Shown here piece after piece: positions 9,392 to 18,239 of a stretch of 64,000 bases of DNA (its first letter is position 1; each line of letters opens with the position of its first letter). The notes below the pieces were generated by a model, which saw only the letters and a program-made list of their open reading frames with translations, was not told the DNA's origin and did no database searches. The stretch is taken from assembly GCA_034370385.1 (NCBI GenBank), contig JAXMKZ010000022.1, forward strand, positions 4,027 through 68,026, read 5' to 3'. This stretch comes from Coriobacteriia bacterium (lineage in GTDB: Bacteria; Actinomycetota; Coriobacteriia; Anaerosomatales; PHET01). Both the position numbers and the translations under genes were made by a program.

Positions 9392-10219
9392 GTGCCGTTC
9401 GCATCCATCGCGTACCCGTCTATGGACCCGGTGGCGCTTCGCCTCGGGCCGATTGCCGTGCATTGGTACGGGCTTGCCTACCTTGTGGCGTTCGTTGGCG
9501 CTGCGCTGGTCGTGCGATGGCTGGCACGCAGGTGGAGTCTGGCGCTTTCCGATGACGACCTGTTGACCGTCGTTCTTGCCTCGGTACTCGGGGTCGTCTT
9601 GGGCGGGCGAATCGGTTACGTGCTCTTCTACGGAGGGGGCTCGTTTCTTGCGAACCCACTGTCCGCCTTCACCATCTGGAACGGCGGGATGTCGTTTCAC
9701 GGCGGTTTGGCGGGCATTCTGATCGCGAGTGTCTTCGTCTCCAAGAGGCTCGGCATGCCGCTGCTCACCCTGTGGGATCTTGGGGCGGTGGGTGCGCCGA
9801 TCGGCTTCTTCCTGGGCAGGCTCGCCAACTTCGTCAACGGCGAGCTGTGGGGAAGGGTCAGCGACGTACCGTGGGCGATGGTCTTTCCCGGCGCGGGCCC
9901 GCTGCCACGCCATCCCTCGCAGCTGTATGAGGCCGTGCTCGAGGGGGCGGCGCTTCTCGTCGTCATGGTGGTCCTGGCCAGGCGCCTGCCACCACGGCCC
10001 CGCGGAGAGTTGATAGGGTGGCTTCTTGCGCTGTACGGCGCGTTCCGCATCTCGGTGGAGTTCTTCCGCGAGCCAGACATCCAGCTTGGCTTCGTCGCCG
10101 GACAGTGGTTGACCATGGGCATGGTGCTCAGTGTCCCGATGGTCGTGGCGGGCGTGGCGTTGGTCGTCTGGTCGCGCCGGCGCGGGCTGCCGCAGGAGGG
10201 CCGCCGAGCCGGGCGGTAG
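9392..10219 (+). CDS. lgt: Prolipoprotein diacylglyceryl transferase
   Basis: 275 aa, GTG start. Motifs GGMSFHGGLAGI and GRLANFVNGELWGR. Confidence 0.9.
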   Translation: MPFASIAYPSMDPVALRLGPIAVHWYGLAYLVAFVGAALVVRWLARRWSLALSDDDLLTVVLASVLGVVLGGRIGYVLFYGGGSFLANPLSAFTIWNGGMSFHGGLAGILIASVFVSKRLGMPLLTLWDLGAVGAPIGFFLGRLANFVNGELWGRVSDVPWAMVFPGAGPLPRHPSQLYEAVLEGAALLVVMVVLARRLPPRPRGELIGWLLALYGAFRISVEFFREPDIQLGFVAGQWLTMGMVLSVPMVVAGVALVVWSRRRGLPQEGRRAGR

Positions 10220-10225
10220 TCAGAG

Positions 10226-10438
10226 TCAGGACTCCGGAGCGCAGATTTCGTCGGACGGCTTCCAGCACGGAGCGTCGCGGTCCAGACAGCGGGCGCTCTC
10301 AGACGAACTCAGATGGCGCGGCGGCGTGCACTGCGCGCAGAAGAGCTGCGGCATCTTGCCCACGACGTCCTTCAAGTCCGGGTCGGCGTAGGGCGCGGGA
10401 TCCGGCATCTCGATCATGTGGAGCAGAATGCAGGGCAT
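10226..10438 (-). CDS. Small cysteine-containing hypothetical protein (6 Cys, includes CAQC)
   Basis: 70-aa ORF with a strong RBS (aaggaaggtga, 4 nt before the ATG) and consistently GC3-rich codons. No family recognised. Confidence 0.5.
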   Translation of the reverse strand: MPCILLHMIEMPDPAPYADPDLKDVVGKMPQLFCAQCTPPRHLSSSESARCLDRDAPCWKPSDEICAPES

Positions 10439-10595
10439 GCGTCACCTTCCTTGGCATTGCAGCCATCCTACGCTCGATGAAGGTGCAGCGGCAACGATGG
10501 CCCGCGTTCAGGGGCGCTCGCGTGTGACTGACGGCACACGCGCCGTCAGTCGGTGGGTGCTGGTAGACTCGGTGCCGGACCGATAGGGAGGTAGT

Positions 10596-11642
10596 GTGAG
10601 ACTCGTTCGAATACCCGCAGCATTGATGCTGCTTGCAGTGTTCATCGTCGCCGGTGCGGTCGTCGGCTGCGCCCAGCGTCCGGCGGAGGTCACCTCGGCG
10701 TGGCCGTTCGCCGACTCCGAGCGGCGGGTGGAGCGTCCCCCGGTGCCGCCACGCTGGCCGTTCACGGGGCGTGACGCGTCTGAGGCGAGGGTCGTCGCTC
10801 GTCGACCACTGTCGGTGAAGGTCGAGAACTCACCGCAGGCCCGGCCCCAGACGGGACTCGGCTCCGCCGACGTCGTCTACGAGAGCGTCACTGAGGGCGG
10901 CATCACCCGGTTCAACGCGATCTTCCACTCACGCGTGCCTCCGACGGTGGGGCCGGTGCGCAGTGCGCGCCTGTCCGACCTGTGGATCGTCCCGCAGTAC
11001 GACGCGCTGTTCTTCTTCTCGGGCGCCAGCTCGAGCGTCAACAACAAGGTCAACTCGGCTGGTCTACCAAACCTGTCGGAGGATGCCGGGGTCTCGCGTC
11101 CGTACTGGCGATCGAGCGAGCGCTCCGCGCCTCACAACCTCATGCTCGACACGAAGAAGGCGTATGCCGAGGCCAAGTCCCGGGGCATGCAGCTCACGGC
11201 GTCGCTCGATCCGCTCTCGTTCGACCGCCGCAGCATTCCGGCCACTCCCGCCATCTCGCAGATCGATATCACGTTCTCGCCCGCAAGTTCGGTCACGTGG
11301 GTCTACGAGGAAGACAGCGACGTGTACGTGAGGCGCAACAACGGTCGCGATCATAGGGACGCGGCCACCGGCAAGCAGATCCAGGCCGACAACGTCGTGG
11401 TGATGTGGGCCAAGTACCGACCCGTCAGCCGCGACGCGGCGGGCTCCACGACCTATGACATCGAGTTGGGCGGCGGCCGTGCAAGCGTGTTTCGCGACGG
11501 GACGCGGCTCGATGGCACCTGGAAGGCCGACCGCGAGGCGCCACCGAGCTTCCGTGCGAAGGATGGAACCCTGATCCGTCTTTCACGGGGCACGACCTGG
11601 TTCCAGGTGATACCGCTCGACGGCCGAATCTATATGCGCTAG
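10596..11642 (+). CDS. DUF3048 domain lipoprotein
   Basis: 348 aa. Lipobox AVVGC after a signal-like N-terminus. The core PLSVKVENSPQARPQTGLGSADVVYESVTEGGITRFNAIFHS is typical of DUF3048. Confidence 0.8.
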   Translation: MRLVRIPAALMLLAVFIVAGAVVGCAQRPAEVTSAWPFADSERRVERPPVPPRWPFTGRDASEARVVARRPLSVKVENSPQARPQTGLGSADVVYESVTEGGITRFNAIFHSRVPPTVGPVRSARLSDLWIVPQYDALFFFSGASSSVNNKVNSAGLPNLSEDAGVSRPYWRSSERSAPHNLMLDTKKAYAEAKSRGMQLTASLDPLSFDRRSIPATPAISQIDITFSPASSVTWVYEEDSDVYVRRNNGRDHRDAATGKQIQADNVVVMWAKYRPVSRDAAGSTTYDIELGGGRASVFRDGTRLDGTWKADREAPPSFRAKDGTLIRLSRGTTWFQVIPLDGRIYMR

Positions 11643-11766
11643 CAGCGAGGTTGTCCGTGCGCGGTTGTCCCGGCCTCTGGCGCGCGGGTACAATCCGTGA
11701 ATCACGAGCCCCACACACGTGCGCGACCACTACGTGGTTCGCGCTTTGAGAGGAGTCGTTCAGCCA

Positions 11767-12663
11767 GTGTCTGACGTGCAGCGCGAGACAGGGACCCTGA
11801 GGGTCAAGACCGGCCTGGCAGAGATGCTCAAGGGCGGCGTCATCATGGATGTCGTCACGCCCGAGCAGGCGAAGATCGCCGAAGACGCCGGAGCGGTCGC
11901 GGTCATGGCGCTCGAGCGCGTGCCGGCCGACATACGTGCGACGGGCGGCGTCGCCCGTATGGCCGACCCCACCATCGTCGAGGCTATCGTTGGGTCAGTG
12001 ACGATTCCTGTCATGGCGAAGTGCCGCATCGGGCACTTCGTCGAAGCGCAGGTGCTGCAGACGCTTGGGGTGGACTACCTTGACGAGTCCGAGGTCCTCA
12101 CCCCGGTCGACGATGAGCACCACATCAACAAGTGGGACTTCACGGTCCCCTTCGTGTGCGGGTGTCGCAATCTGGGAGAGGCGCTTCGGCGTATCGCCGA
12201 GGGTGCGGCGATGGTGCGCACGAAAGGCGAGCCGGGCACGGGTAACGTCGTCGAGGCCGTCCGTCACATGCGCACGGTCACCGATGAGATCGCTTGGCTG
12301 AAGGGCCTGCGCGCCGAGCAGTTGTTCGCGGCGGCCAAGGACCTTCAGGCGTCCTACGATCTTGTGAAGTGGGTGGCGGAGAACGGAAAGCTGCCCGTGG
12401 TCAACTTCTCTGCCGGCGGTATCGCCACCCCCGCCGACGCCGCGCTCATGATGCAGCTGGGGTGCGACGGCGTCTTCGTGGGCAGCGGCATCTTCAAGAG
12501 CGGCGACCCCGTGAAGCGCGCCCGGGCCATCGTCGAGGCGACTACGCACTTCGAAGACGCCGACATCATCGCTCGGGTCTCCCGTGACCTTGGGGAGGCG
12601 ATGGTCGGGATCAACATCTCCGACATCCCCGAGCCGGAGCGCATGCAGGAGCGGGGCTGGTAG
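11767..12663 (+). CDS. pdxS: Pyridoxal 5'-phosphate synthase lyase subunit
   Basis: [36 protein letters not shown] and the rest of the sequence are unmistakably PdxS. The GTG at 11767 is preferred (gagaggag 13 nt upstream); the track ATG at 11719 is an alternative. A TTGTCC-17-TACAAT promoter-like pair lies ~90 nt upstream. Confidence 0.9.
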   Translation: MSDVQRETGTLRVKTGLAEMLKGGVIMDVVTPEQAKIAEDAGAVAVMALERVPADIRATGGVARMADPTIVEAIVGSVTIPVMAKCRIGHFVEAQVLQTLGVDYLDESEVLTPVDDEHHINKWDFTVPFVCGCRNLGEALRRIAEGAAMVRTKGEPGTGNVVEAVRHMRTVTDEIAWLKGLRAEQLFAAAKDLQASYDLVKWVAENGKLPVVNFSAGGIATPADAALMMQLGCDGVFVGSGIFKSGDPVKRARAIVEATTHFEDADIIARVSRDLGEAMVGINISDIPEPERMQERGW

Positions 12664-13239
12664 GTGAAGATTGGCGTTCTCGCACTGCAGGGGGCGTTCC
12701 GCGAGCATGTGTACTCGCTGGAGGCGCTCGACGTCGGGGTGGTGGCGGTACGGCTGCCGGAGCAGCTCGAAGAGCTGTCCGGTCTCGTGATTCCAGGCGG
12801 GGAGTCCACCGCCATTGCCAAGCTCATGGAGACATACGGCTTCTACGAGCCGATCGTCAGGCGCTATGGCGAGGGGATGGCGGTTTGGGGCACGTGTGCC
12901 GGCGCGATCCTCGTCGCTCGACGCGTTGCCGAAGGTGTCCCGGGTCAGCGCTCACTCGAGCTCATGGATATCGAAGTCAGGCGGAATGCGTTCGGTCGGC
13001 AAGTCGACTCCTTTGAGGTCGACCTGTCCTTCGCGGACTTCGACCATCCCTACCGGGGCGTATTCATACGAGCACCGTGGATCGAGGGCGAAGGGGAAGG
13101 GGTCGAGATTCTGGCTCGACACGACGGGCACACGGTCGCCGCGCGCGAGGGTCGGCTGCTTGCAACCGCGTTCCACCCGGAGCTCACCGGTGACCCGCGC
13201 ATCCACCGGTTCTTCGTAGATGAGGTCGTGGGCGTCTAG
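12664..13239 (+). CDS. pdxT: Pyridoxal 5'-phosphate synthase glutaminase subunit
   Basis: 191 aa. The GTG start abuts the pdxS stop. Contains KIGVLALQGAFREH, the catalytic Cys context GTCAGAIL, and FHPELT. Confidence 0.9.
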   Translation: MKIGVLALQGAFREHVYSLEALDVGVVAVRLPEQLEELSGLVIPGGESTAIAKLMETYGFYEPIVRRYGEGMAVWGTCAGAILVARRVAEGVPGQRSLELMDIEVRRNAFGRQVDSFEVDLSFADFDHPYRGVFIRAPWIEGEGEGVEILARHDGHTVAAREGRLLATAFHPELTGDPRIHRFFVDEVVGV

Positions 13240-13278
13240 GCGCTCGGATCACCAGGTCAAGGGAGCAAGGAGCACCAC

Positions 13279-14034
13279 GTGTCTGGACACTCGAAGTGGG
13301 CGACCACCAAGCATCGCAAGGCGGCGCAGGACAAGAAGCGCTCCGCGCTGTTCTCCAAACTCAGCCGCATCATCACGGTGGCCGCCAAGAGCGGCGGCGA
13401 CCCGAACCCTGAGAACAACGCCACTCTGGCCACGGCCATCGCAAAGGCCAAGTCCTACTCGCTCCCCAAAGACAAGATCCAAGCCGCTATCGACAAGGGC
13501 TTCGGCGCGGGTGCCGATGCCGCGCAGTTCGAAGAGGTCGTCTACGAGGGCTATGGGGCGGCGGGCGTCGCCATCTACATCGAGGCGCTGACCGACAATC
13601 GTAACCGCACCGCGGCCGATGTCAGATCCGCATTCACACGTGCGGGGGGCAACCTTGGGGCGACGGGCTCGGTCGCGTTCCAGTTCGAACGCATAGGCCA
13701 GGTGACGCTCGATCGTGCCCCTGGCTTCGATGAAGATGAGATGCTGATGATGGTCGCCGATGCCGGCGGCGAGGATTTCGAAGCGGGCGAAGAGGAGATA
13801 CTGGTCTTCGCGGCGCCGGCAGATGTGGCGGCGGTGAGCAGCGCGCTCGAGGCCGCAGGGGCACCGGTGCGTGGCGCCGAGCTCGTGATGGAGCCTATCA
13901 ATCCCACGGTCGTGTCGGTCGAAGACGCCAAGAAGGTCATCCGCCTCGTCGACAAACTCGAGGAGAGCGACGACATCCAGAACGTCTACCACTCCATGGA
14001 GCTGACCGACGAGATCGCCGCTGCGCTGGAGTAG
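13279..14034 (+). CDS. YebC/PmpR family DNA-binding transcriptional regulator
   Basis: 251 aa. The N-terminus MSGHSKWATTKHRKAAQDKKR is the YebC family hallmark. RBS aaggag. Confidence 0.9.
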   Translation: MSGHSKWATTKHRKAAQDKKRSALFSKLSRIITVAAKSGGDPNPENNATLATAIAKAKSYSLPKDKIQAAIDKGFGAGADAAQFEEVVYEGYGAAGVAIYIEALTDNRNRTAADVRSAFTRAGGNLGATGSVAFQFERIGQVTLDRAPGFDEDEMLMMVADAGGEDFEAGEEEILVFAAPADVAAVSSALEAAGAPVRGAELVMEPINPTVVSVEDAKKVIRLVDKLEESDDIQNVYHSMELTDEIAAALE

Positions 14035-14090
14035 CCGATTCGACCAGGCGCCGGCCACCCTCCGGTCGCCCGTTGGGCGACGTGTCGCCC

Positions 14091-15424
14091 CGTTGCCTCA
14101 CGTAAGAATGTCGTCGAACGTCACCTTCGTTGACTCATCATAGATGTCGTCGAAATCGGGTGCCTGCACCTCCCTTCTCCTGATCGATTCCTTGAGTGAG
14201 ACGAGCTCATAGAGACGACGCTGCCGTTCGGTTATCCGGCGCTTGAGCGCCGTCGGGTTCAGGGTTGAGTATTCCCGTGTGAGGCGGCGCTTGGCGGCTT
14301 GGCTGACGTGGTCGGATGCGAGCACGCGGGCGTACGGCGTCATCGGCGTGTCATAGCGTTTGATGACCCGCGCCCCTTCGCGGGTCTTGGAGAGCAGCTT
14401 GGCGCTCGGCATGTAGAAGTTGGTGTGCTTGCGCAGTGCCGCATAGAGCTCGTTTAGGACGGCGAGCTCCTCGGGTGTGTCGAATCGTGCGTAGCCGACG
14501 TTGCGGCGCACCACCGACCAGTTCTTCTGCTCGACGTAGCAGCCGTCGTTCTTGCGGTAGGCGCGGGAGCGGGTGAAGGTGATCCGCTTGCTCTCGCAGT
14601 AGCGCTTGAGTTCGTGGTTGATGAACTCACTGCCGTTGTCGCTGTCGATCCCAAGCAATGGGAAGGGCAGAGCCGCCCGGATCTCCTTGATCGCGGCGAA
14701 GACATGCACCTGCGCCTTGTTCCTGACCGCCCTCGTCTCGGTCCAGCCCGTGGCCACATCGGTGACGTCGAGGGTCTGGCAGTAGTCGCCGCGGAGCGCT
14801 CCGCCCTCGTGCCCCACCAGGTCGATCTCCACGAACCCAGGGACCGCGTCGTCCCACTCGGAGAACGTCTTGATCGGGATCTGGTTCTTGAGCAGCGTCC
14901 CGGGCTTGGTCCCCGGCCGGCCCGAGAGGGACAGGCGCGCACGGTCCGGCGCGAGCAGCCGGTCGATCGTGGATGCCGAGATCGAGCGCAGCCTGGCCCG
15001 CACCTCGCTCGAGATGCTCAACTCGCCGCAGCGCTCCATCACCTCCACCATCTCGGGCAGGGCCGCGTGCAGCCGCTTGCCGCATATCCCGTCAAGCGTC
15101 GCCCAGATCCTGCGCAAGGCGAACAGCACGTCGGCGTCATAGACCCGCGGGCGAGTCCGCCTCCTCTTCGGCGGCTTGCGTGGCGGCGGACCCGCACGAA
15201 GCAACCTCGCAGCATGGTCACGGTTGTAGCCTGTGATCGAACACAGCGTATCCAGGATCTCGCCCCGTCGCCTCTTGGCAGCTCGTCGGTACTCCTCGGC
15301 AAGCTTGCGTGTGACCGCGTGCTTCTCAGCCATCGTCAAAGGCACCTTTGTCGCGCCTCCTCGTCGTCGAATGACCCGACGAGACCGACGCTACGCTTCG
15401 ACGACATTCTTATGTGAGGCAACG
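14091..15424 (-). mobile_element. Intact insertion sequence (1334 bp) with 28-bp terminal inverted repeats and a single DDE (rve-type) transposase
   Basis: Left end cgttgcctcacgtaagaatgtcgtcgaa (14091-14118) versus the reverse complement of the right end (15397-24), cgttgcctcacataagaatgtcgtcgaa: 27/28 identical. The transposase stop codon lies inside the left repeat. No flanking target-site duplication is visible. IS family not resolved. Confidence 0.8.
14098..15345 (-). CDS. DDE transposase/integrase (N-terminal HTH plus rve-like catalytic core)
   Basis: 415 aa. Catalytic-core-like segments VEIDLVGHEGG, LGIDSDNGSEFIN and YRKNDGCYVEQKNWSVVR (D, D, E candidates). Basic N-terminal region consistent with DNA binding. 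Confidence 0.85.
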   Translation of the reverse strand: MPLTMAEKHAVTRKLAEEYRRAAKRRRGEILDTLCSITGYNRDHAARLLRAGPPPRKPPKRRRTRPRVYDADVLFALRRIWATLDGICGKRLHAALPEMVEVMERCGELSISSEVRARLRSISASTIDRLLAPDRARLSLSGRPGTKPGTLLKNQIPIKTFSEWDDAVPGFVEIDLVGHEGGALRGDYCQTLDVTDVATGWTETRAVRNKAQVHVFAAIKEIRAALPFPLLGIDSDNGSEFINHELKRYCESKRITFTRSRAYRKNDGCYVEQKNWSVVRRNVGYARFDTPEELAVLNELYAALRKHTNFYMPSAKLLSKTREGARVIKRYDTPMTPYARVLASDHVSQAAKRRLTREYSTLNPTALKRRITERQRRLYELVSLKESIRRREVQAPDFDDIYDESTKVTFDDILT

Positions 15425-15431
15425 AATCAAT

Positions 15432-15457
15432 TTGGACGACATTTTAGGTGAGGCAAC
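15432..15457 (+). repeat. Degenerate second copy of the IS right-end repeat
   Basis: ttggacgacattttaggtgaggcaac, 8 nt beyond the IS end, matches the terminal repeat ttcgacgacattcttatgtgaggcaac apart from a few mismatches and one indel. Confidence 0.55.
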
Positions 15458-15557
15458 TCGCACGGTTGTTCTCGGGCAGCACGCCGTGGTACTATTCGCC
15501 GCGCTTTGTGCTGATACGTCGTCCGTCTCCGGGCGGCTCGAACGCGAGGAGTACGTG

Positions 15558-15746
15558 ATGTCAAAGATATGTGCCGTGTGCGGCAAGAGCCCTGCGGCTG
15601 GCCGCAACGTGAGCCACTCCCACAGGGTCACGAACCGTATGTTCAGGCCAAACATCCAGAAGGTCACCGCCGTCATCAAGGGACACGTGCATCGCGTCAA
15701 CGTGTGCGCCAAGTGCATGAAGGCGGGCAAGGTCACGCGCGCGTAG
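15558..15746 (+). CDS. rpmB: 50S ribosomal protein L28
   Basis: Internal ATG at 15558 preceded by gaggag. 62 aa: MSKICAVCGKSPAAGRNVSHSHRVTNRMFRPNIQKV... The longer track ORF starts inside the IS end and is rejected. Confidence 0.9.
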   Translation: MSKICAVCGKSPAAGRNVSHSHRVTNRMFRPNIQKVTAVIKGHVHRVNVCAKCMKAGKVTRA

Positions 15747-15755
15747 TCTGTGCGC

Positions 15756-16448
15756 TCAGGATGTACTCCGACAGCCGTCCCCATCGGGGCGGCTGTCTTG
15801 GTTGGTGGGCACTTCAGCCAGGACCAGCGCCATCCCTGAGTGGACCGTGACTGCGGATTCGGGACCGCACGAGACGTTGGACACCCCCAAGTCCGAGAGC
15901 GATTCGACAGATCGGTCCTCGAGGGTCCACTTCATCCCGACCACACTGATGCGCGTGCCGGAGACCAGGGCCAAGACCGACACCGTCGTATCTCGAGCGA
16001 AACCGCCGACATGGCCGCGGTGCGCAGGATCCACGATCCAACCGGTCATCTCCTTGTAGATGATGGCCGGCCGCAGATCCGAGTAGCGCGCAAGCGTTCC
16101 GATGGCTGCGAGTGAGTGGTCCTGTCGCTCCCCCCACACGCCGACGACCGTGACCTCGCCAAGCTTCTCACCCCTGCACCATTCGAGCGCAAGCTCCAGG
16201 TCCGTGTGGGACTTGTCTCTCGGGTGAACCCGAAGACTGACGCCCTCATGCCTGAGGCGCTCAAGGTCCTCTTCTGACAGTGAGTCGAAGTCCCCGATGA
16301 CCACAGCGGGGGTGACACCCGCACGCATGAGCGCCGCCGCTCCCCCGTCCACACCCACAACCAGGTCGTGCAGGCGCGCCTGTCGAGCGAGGGCGTTGCC
16401 GGATACGGTGTCTCCGGCGGCGACTATCAGCGCGCACGTTCCGGTCAT
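15756..16448 (-). CDS. thiN: Thiamine pyrophosphokinase
   Basis: 230 aa with the VVIGDFDSL motif and overall TPK layout. Overlaps the upstream thiT by 4 nt. Confidence 0.8.
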   Translation of the reverse strand: MTGTCALIVAAGDTVSGNALARQARLHDLVVGVDGGAAALMRAGVTPAVVIGDFDSLSEEDLERLRHEGVSLRVHPRDKSHTDLELALEWCRGEKLGEVTVVGVWGERQDHSLAAIGTLARYSDLRPAIIYKEMTGWIVDPAHRGHVGGFARDTTVSVLALVSGTRISVVGMKWTLEDRSVESLSDLGVSNVSCGPESAVTVHSGMALVLAEVPTNQDSRPDGDGCRSTS

Positions 16449-17017
16449 GGCGCAGCCAGGCCAGGCACGGGGACCGCACGCTCAAGGGCCGGCACCACGA
16501 TGGCGGCCACGATGCCACATGCGACGATAGAGGGCACGAGGTAGCTGGCGTTGTAGGCGAGCGAGTAGAGCCACACCGGCTGTCCCTCAGGCGCGTTGGC
16601 ACCGAAGAACACGATCCCGGAAGCGAACGATGCGGCGAATCGTCCCGCTCCGCCCAGCAGGGCGCCTGCAAACGCCATCGCGGCGATCCGAGCGGGCGAT
16701 GTCGCTCGGACCCACCGAGGGGACGCAAGGGCCGCGAGTCCACAGGCTGCGAAAGCGACCGGGTAGTCCAGGAGAACCTGAATGGGGTGCACGAAGTAAG
16801 GCTCTAGGAAGTAGTCGACCACACCGAAGGCCGCGCCGGCGACGACGCCGACGGTCAGACCGCGACGCAGGCCGATGACGAAGATAGGCAGCATCGCAAG
16901 AGACACACTGCCTCCGGCGAAGTTCCACGGCAAGGTGATCTTGAACGTGCTGAGCACGGCGGCGAGCGCCACGGAAAGGCCGATCTCCACAACAACGCGG
17001 GTGCGATCGTGCTGCAT
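16445..17017 (-). CDS. thiT: ECF-type thiamine transporter S component (ThiT-like)
   Basis: Start at the ATG at 17017 (MQHDRTRVVVEIGLSVALAAVL...), giving a 190-aa polytopic membrane protein. It sits directly downstream of a TPP riboswitch and upstream of TPK. The longer track start would run through the riboswitch. Confidence 0.78.
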   Translation of the reverse strand: MQHDRTRVVVEIGLSVALAAVLSTFKITLPWNFAGGSVSLAMLPIFVIGLRRGLTVGVVAGAAFGVVDYFLEPYFVHPIQVLLDYPVAFAACGLAALASPRWVRATSPARIAAMAFAGALLGGAGRFAASFASGIVFFGANAPEGQPVWLYSLAYNASYLVPSIVACGIVAAIVVPALERAVPVPGLAAP

Positions 17018-17084
17018 TCCACTACCCCTCTCACAGGTTCGGGAGAGATCCGAATCGACGCCATGAGCCGCGCAGCAGCACGGG

Positions 17085-17179
17085 CCGTGGTGCGAGCCCC
17101 GCATTACCGGGACCGTCATCGCTCGGTCGCGGCCGGTGAAGGCCGCCTCTCAGCCGCTGATGCGCAGCTCCCGACACGG
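17085..17179 (-). promoter_or_regulatory. TPP (THI-box) riboswitch
   Basis: Minus-strand RNA reads ccgtgtcGGGAGCtgcgcatcagcggCTGAGAggcggccttcaccggccgcgACCgagcgaTGAcggtCCCGGTAATGCGGGgctcgcaccacgg. It has the CUGAGA, ACC...UGA and CCxG-GUAAUG-CxGG elements of the THI element. A downstream hairpin ctctc...gagag can occlude the SD gagagggg. Confidence 0.85.
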
Positions 17180-17231
17180 ATGTAAACGCATTCATCGTCG
17201 CACACTCGAAGGGTGTGCGACAACGTAGGAA

Positions 17232-18239
17232 CTACTCCATGGAACGCAGATACGGGTAGGGATTCACCGGTGAGCCGCCCCCAGGATGGATCTGCAGGTG
17301 AAGATGCGGGGCCGACGCCGCCGCGTTTCCTGAGTATCCCACCGTGCCGATCACCTGCCCGGCCCTGACGCGTCCCGAAGTGACAACATAGCTGTTGAGG
17401 TGCGCGTAGTAGAACGACCATCCGTTGTCGCCGGACAGCCATATCGTCCGACCGCCCAGCCCGTTCGATTTCGTGCGCACAGTACCGCTCGTGATCGCCA
17501 CCAGCGGGGTGCCCGTGGGCGCCATGATATCCGTACCTTTGTGACGTCTCCTGCCGCCACCGCGAGACGCGCCCCACGTGTCGGAGTAGTAGTACGAACC
17601 CACCACGGGAAAGACCATCCCGTTAGGCCCGGCCACGGCAGCGACCCCGGAAGGCACTCTGCCCCCGGAGCGAACCGCGTTGAGGCGCGCCTTCACGGCC
17701 TTGAACTCGGATTCAGTGGAACGTAGTCGCTTCTGAAGCGCATCACGACGCGACCGAAGCGCTCGCACGTCTTGCGACTGCTTCGTGCGCTGGGCGGCGA
17801 GCTTCTTGCGCGCGGCGGTCAGCTGGCGCGTGCGGGTCTTGACCTCACCGACCACTTCCGCGTCACTCGTGCCGATACGGTTGAGGTGCTCGAAACGGGT
17901 GACGAACTGCTCGAAGTCAGCCGCGCCCACAAGGAAGTCGAGCAGATCGAGGTCGTCTCGCCGGTAGATGGAGCGAGCACGTCGGTTGAGCTGGGCTTTT
18001 GCGGCCTTGAGTTTCTTGCGAGCCGAAACAAGCTGCTTGCTGGTCTTGGTAAGCCGTGATTCCGTCTCGTCGAGTTCCCAGTACGCGTCATCGAACGCGG
18101 CACCGGCGCGCGAGCTCTCGCGCTTCAACTCCTCTAGCCTGGCCTTGAGTTGTGCTTCGGTCTCCGCGTACGCGGGAGCAGAGAGCACAGTAGCGCTCAT
18201 CACGACTAGCAGGGCTATGGCCATGGCTCTGCGGATCAC
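17232..18239 (-). CDS. Secreted M23 family metallopeptidase with N-terminal coiled coil (EnvC-like architecture, catalytic motifs intact)
   Basis: 335 aa. Signal peptide ending APAYA, ~200 aa of heptad-rich sequence, then HKGTDIMAPTGTP (HxxxD) and APHLHLQIH (HxH). Confidence 0.85.
   Translation of the reverse strand: MIRRAMAIALLVVMSATVLSAPAYAETEAQLKARLEELKRESSRAGAAFDDAYWELDETESRLTKTSKQLVSARKKLKAAKAQLNRRARSIYRRDDLDLLDFLVGAADFEQFVTRFEHLNRIGTSDAEVVGEVKTRTRQLTAARKKLAAQRTKQSQDVRALRSRRDALQKRLRSTESEFKAVKARLNAVRSGGRVPSGVAAVAGPNGMVFPVVGSYYYSDTWGASRGGGRRRHKGTDIMAPTGTPLVAITSGTVRTKSNGLGGRTIWLSGDNGWSFYYAHLNSYVVTSGRVRAGQVIGTVGYSGNAAASAPHLHLQIHPGGGSPVNPYPYLRSME

Noticed and set aside
10018-10527. 169-aa plus-strand ORF spanning the lgt 3' end and the gap
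   Set aside because: The product is Arg/Ala/Pro-rich, it overlaps lgt in another frame, and it is antisense to the better-supported 70-aa ORF with a strong RBS.
17018-17119. Longer N-terminal extension of thiT (track start 17119)
   Set aside because: The extension would be translated from the TPP riboswitch aptamer and expression platform. The ATG at 17017 follows an SD and begins the first TM helix.
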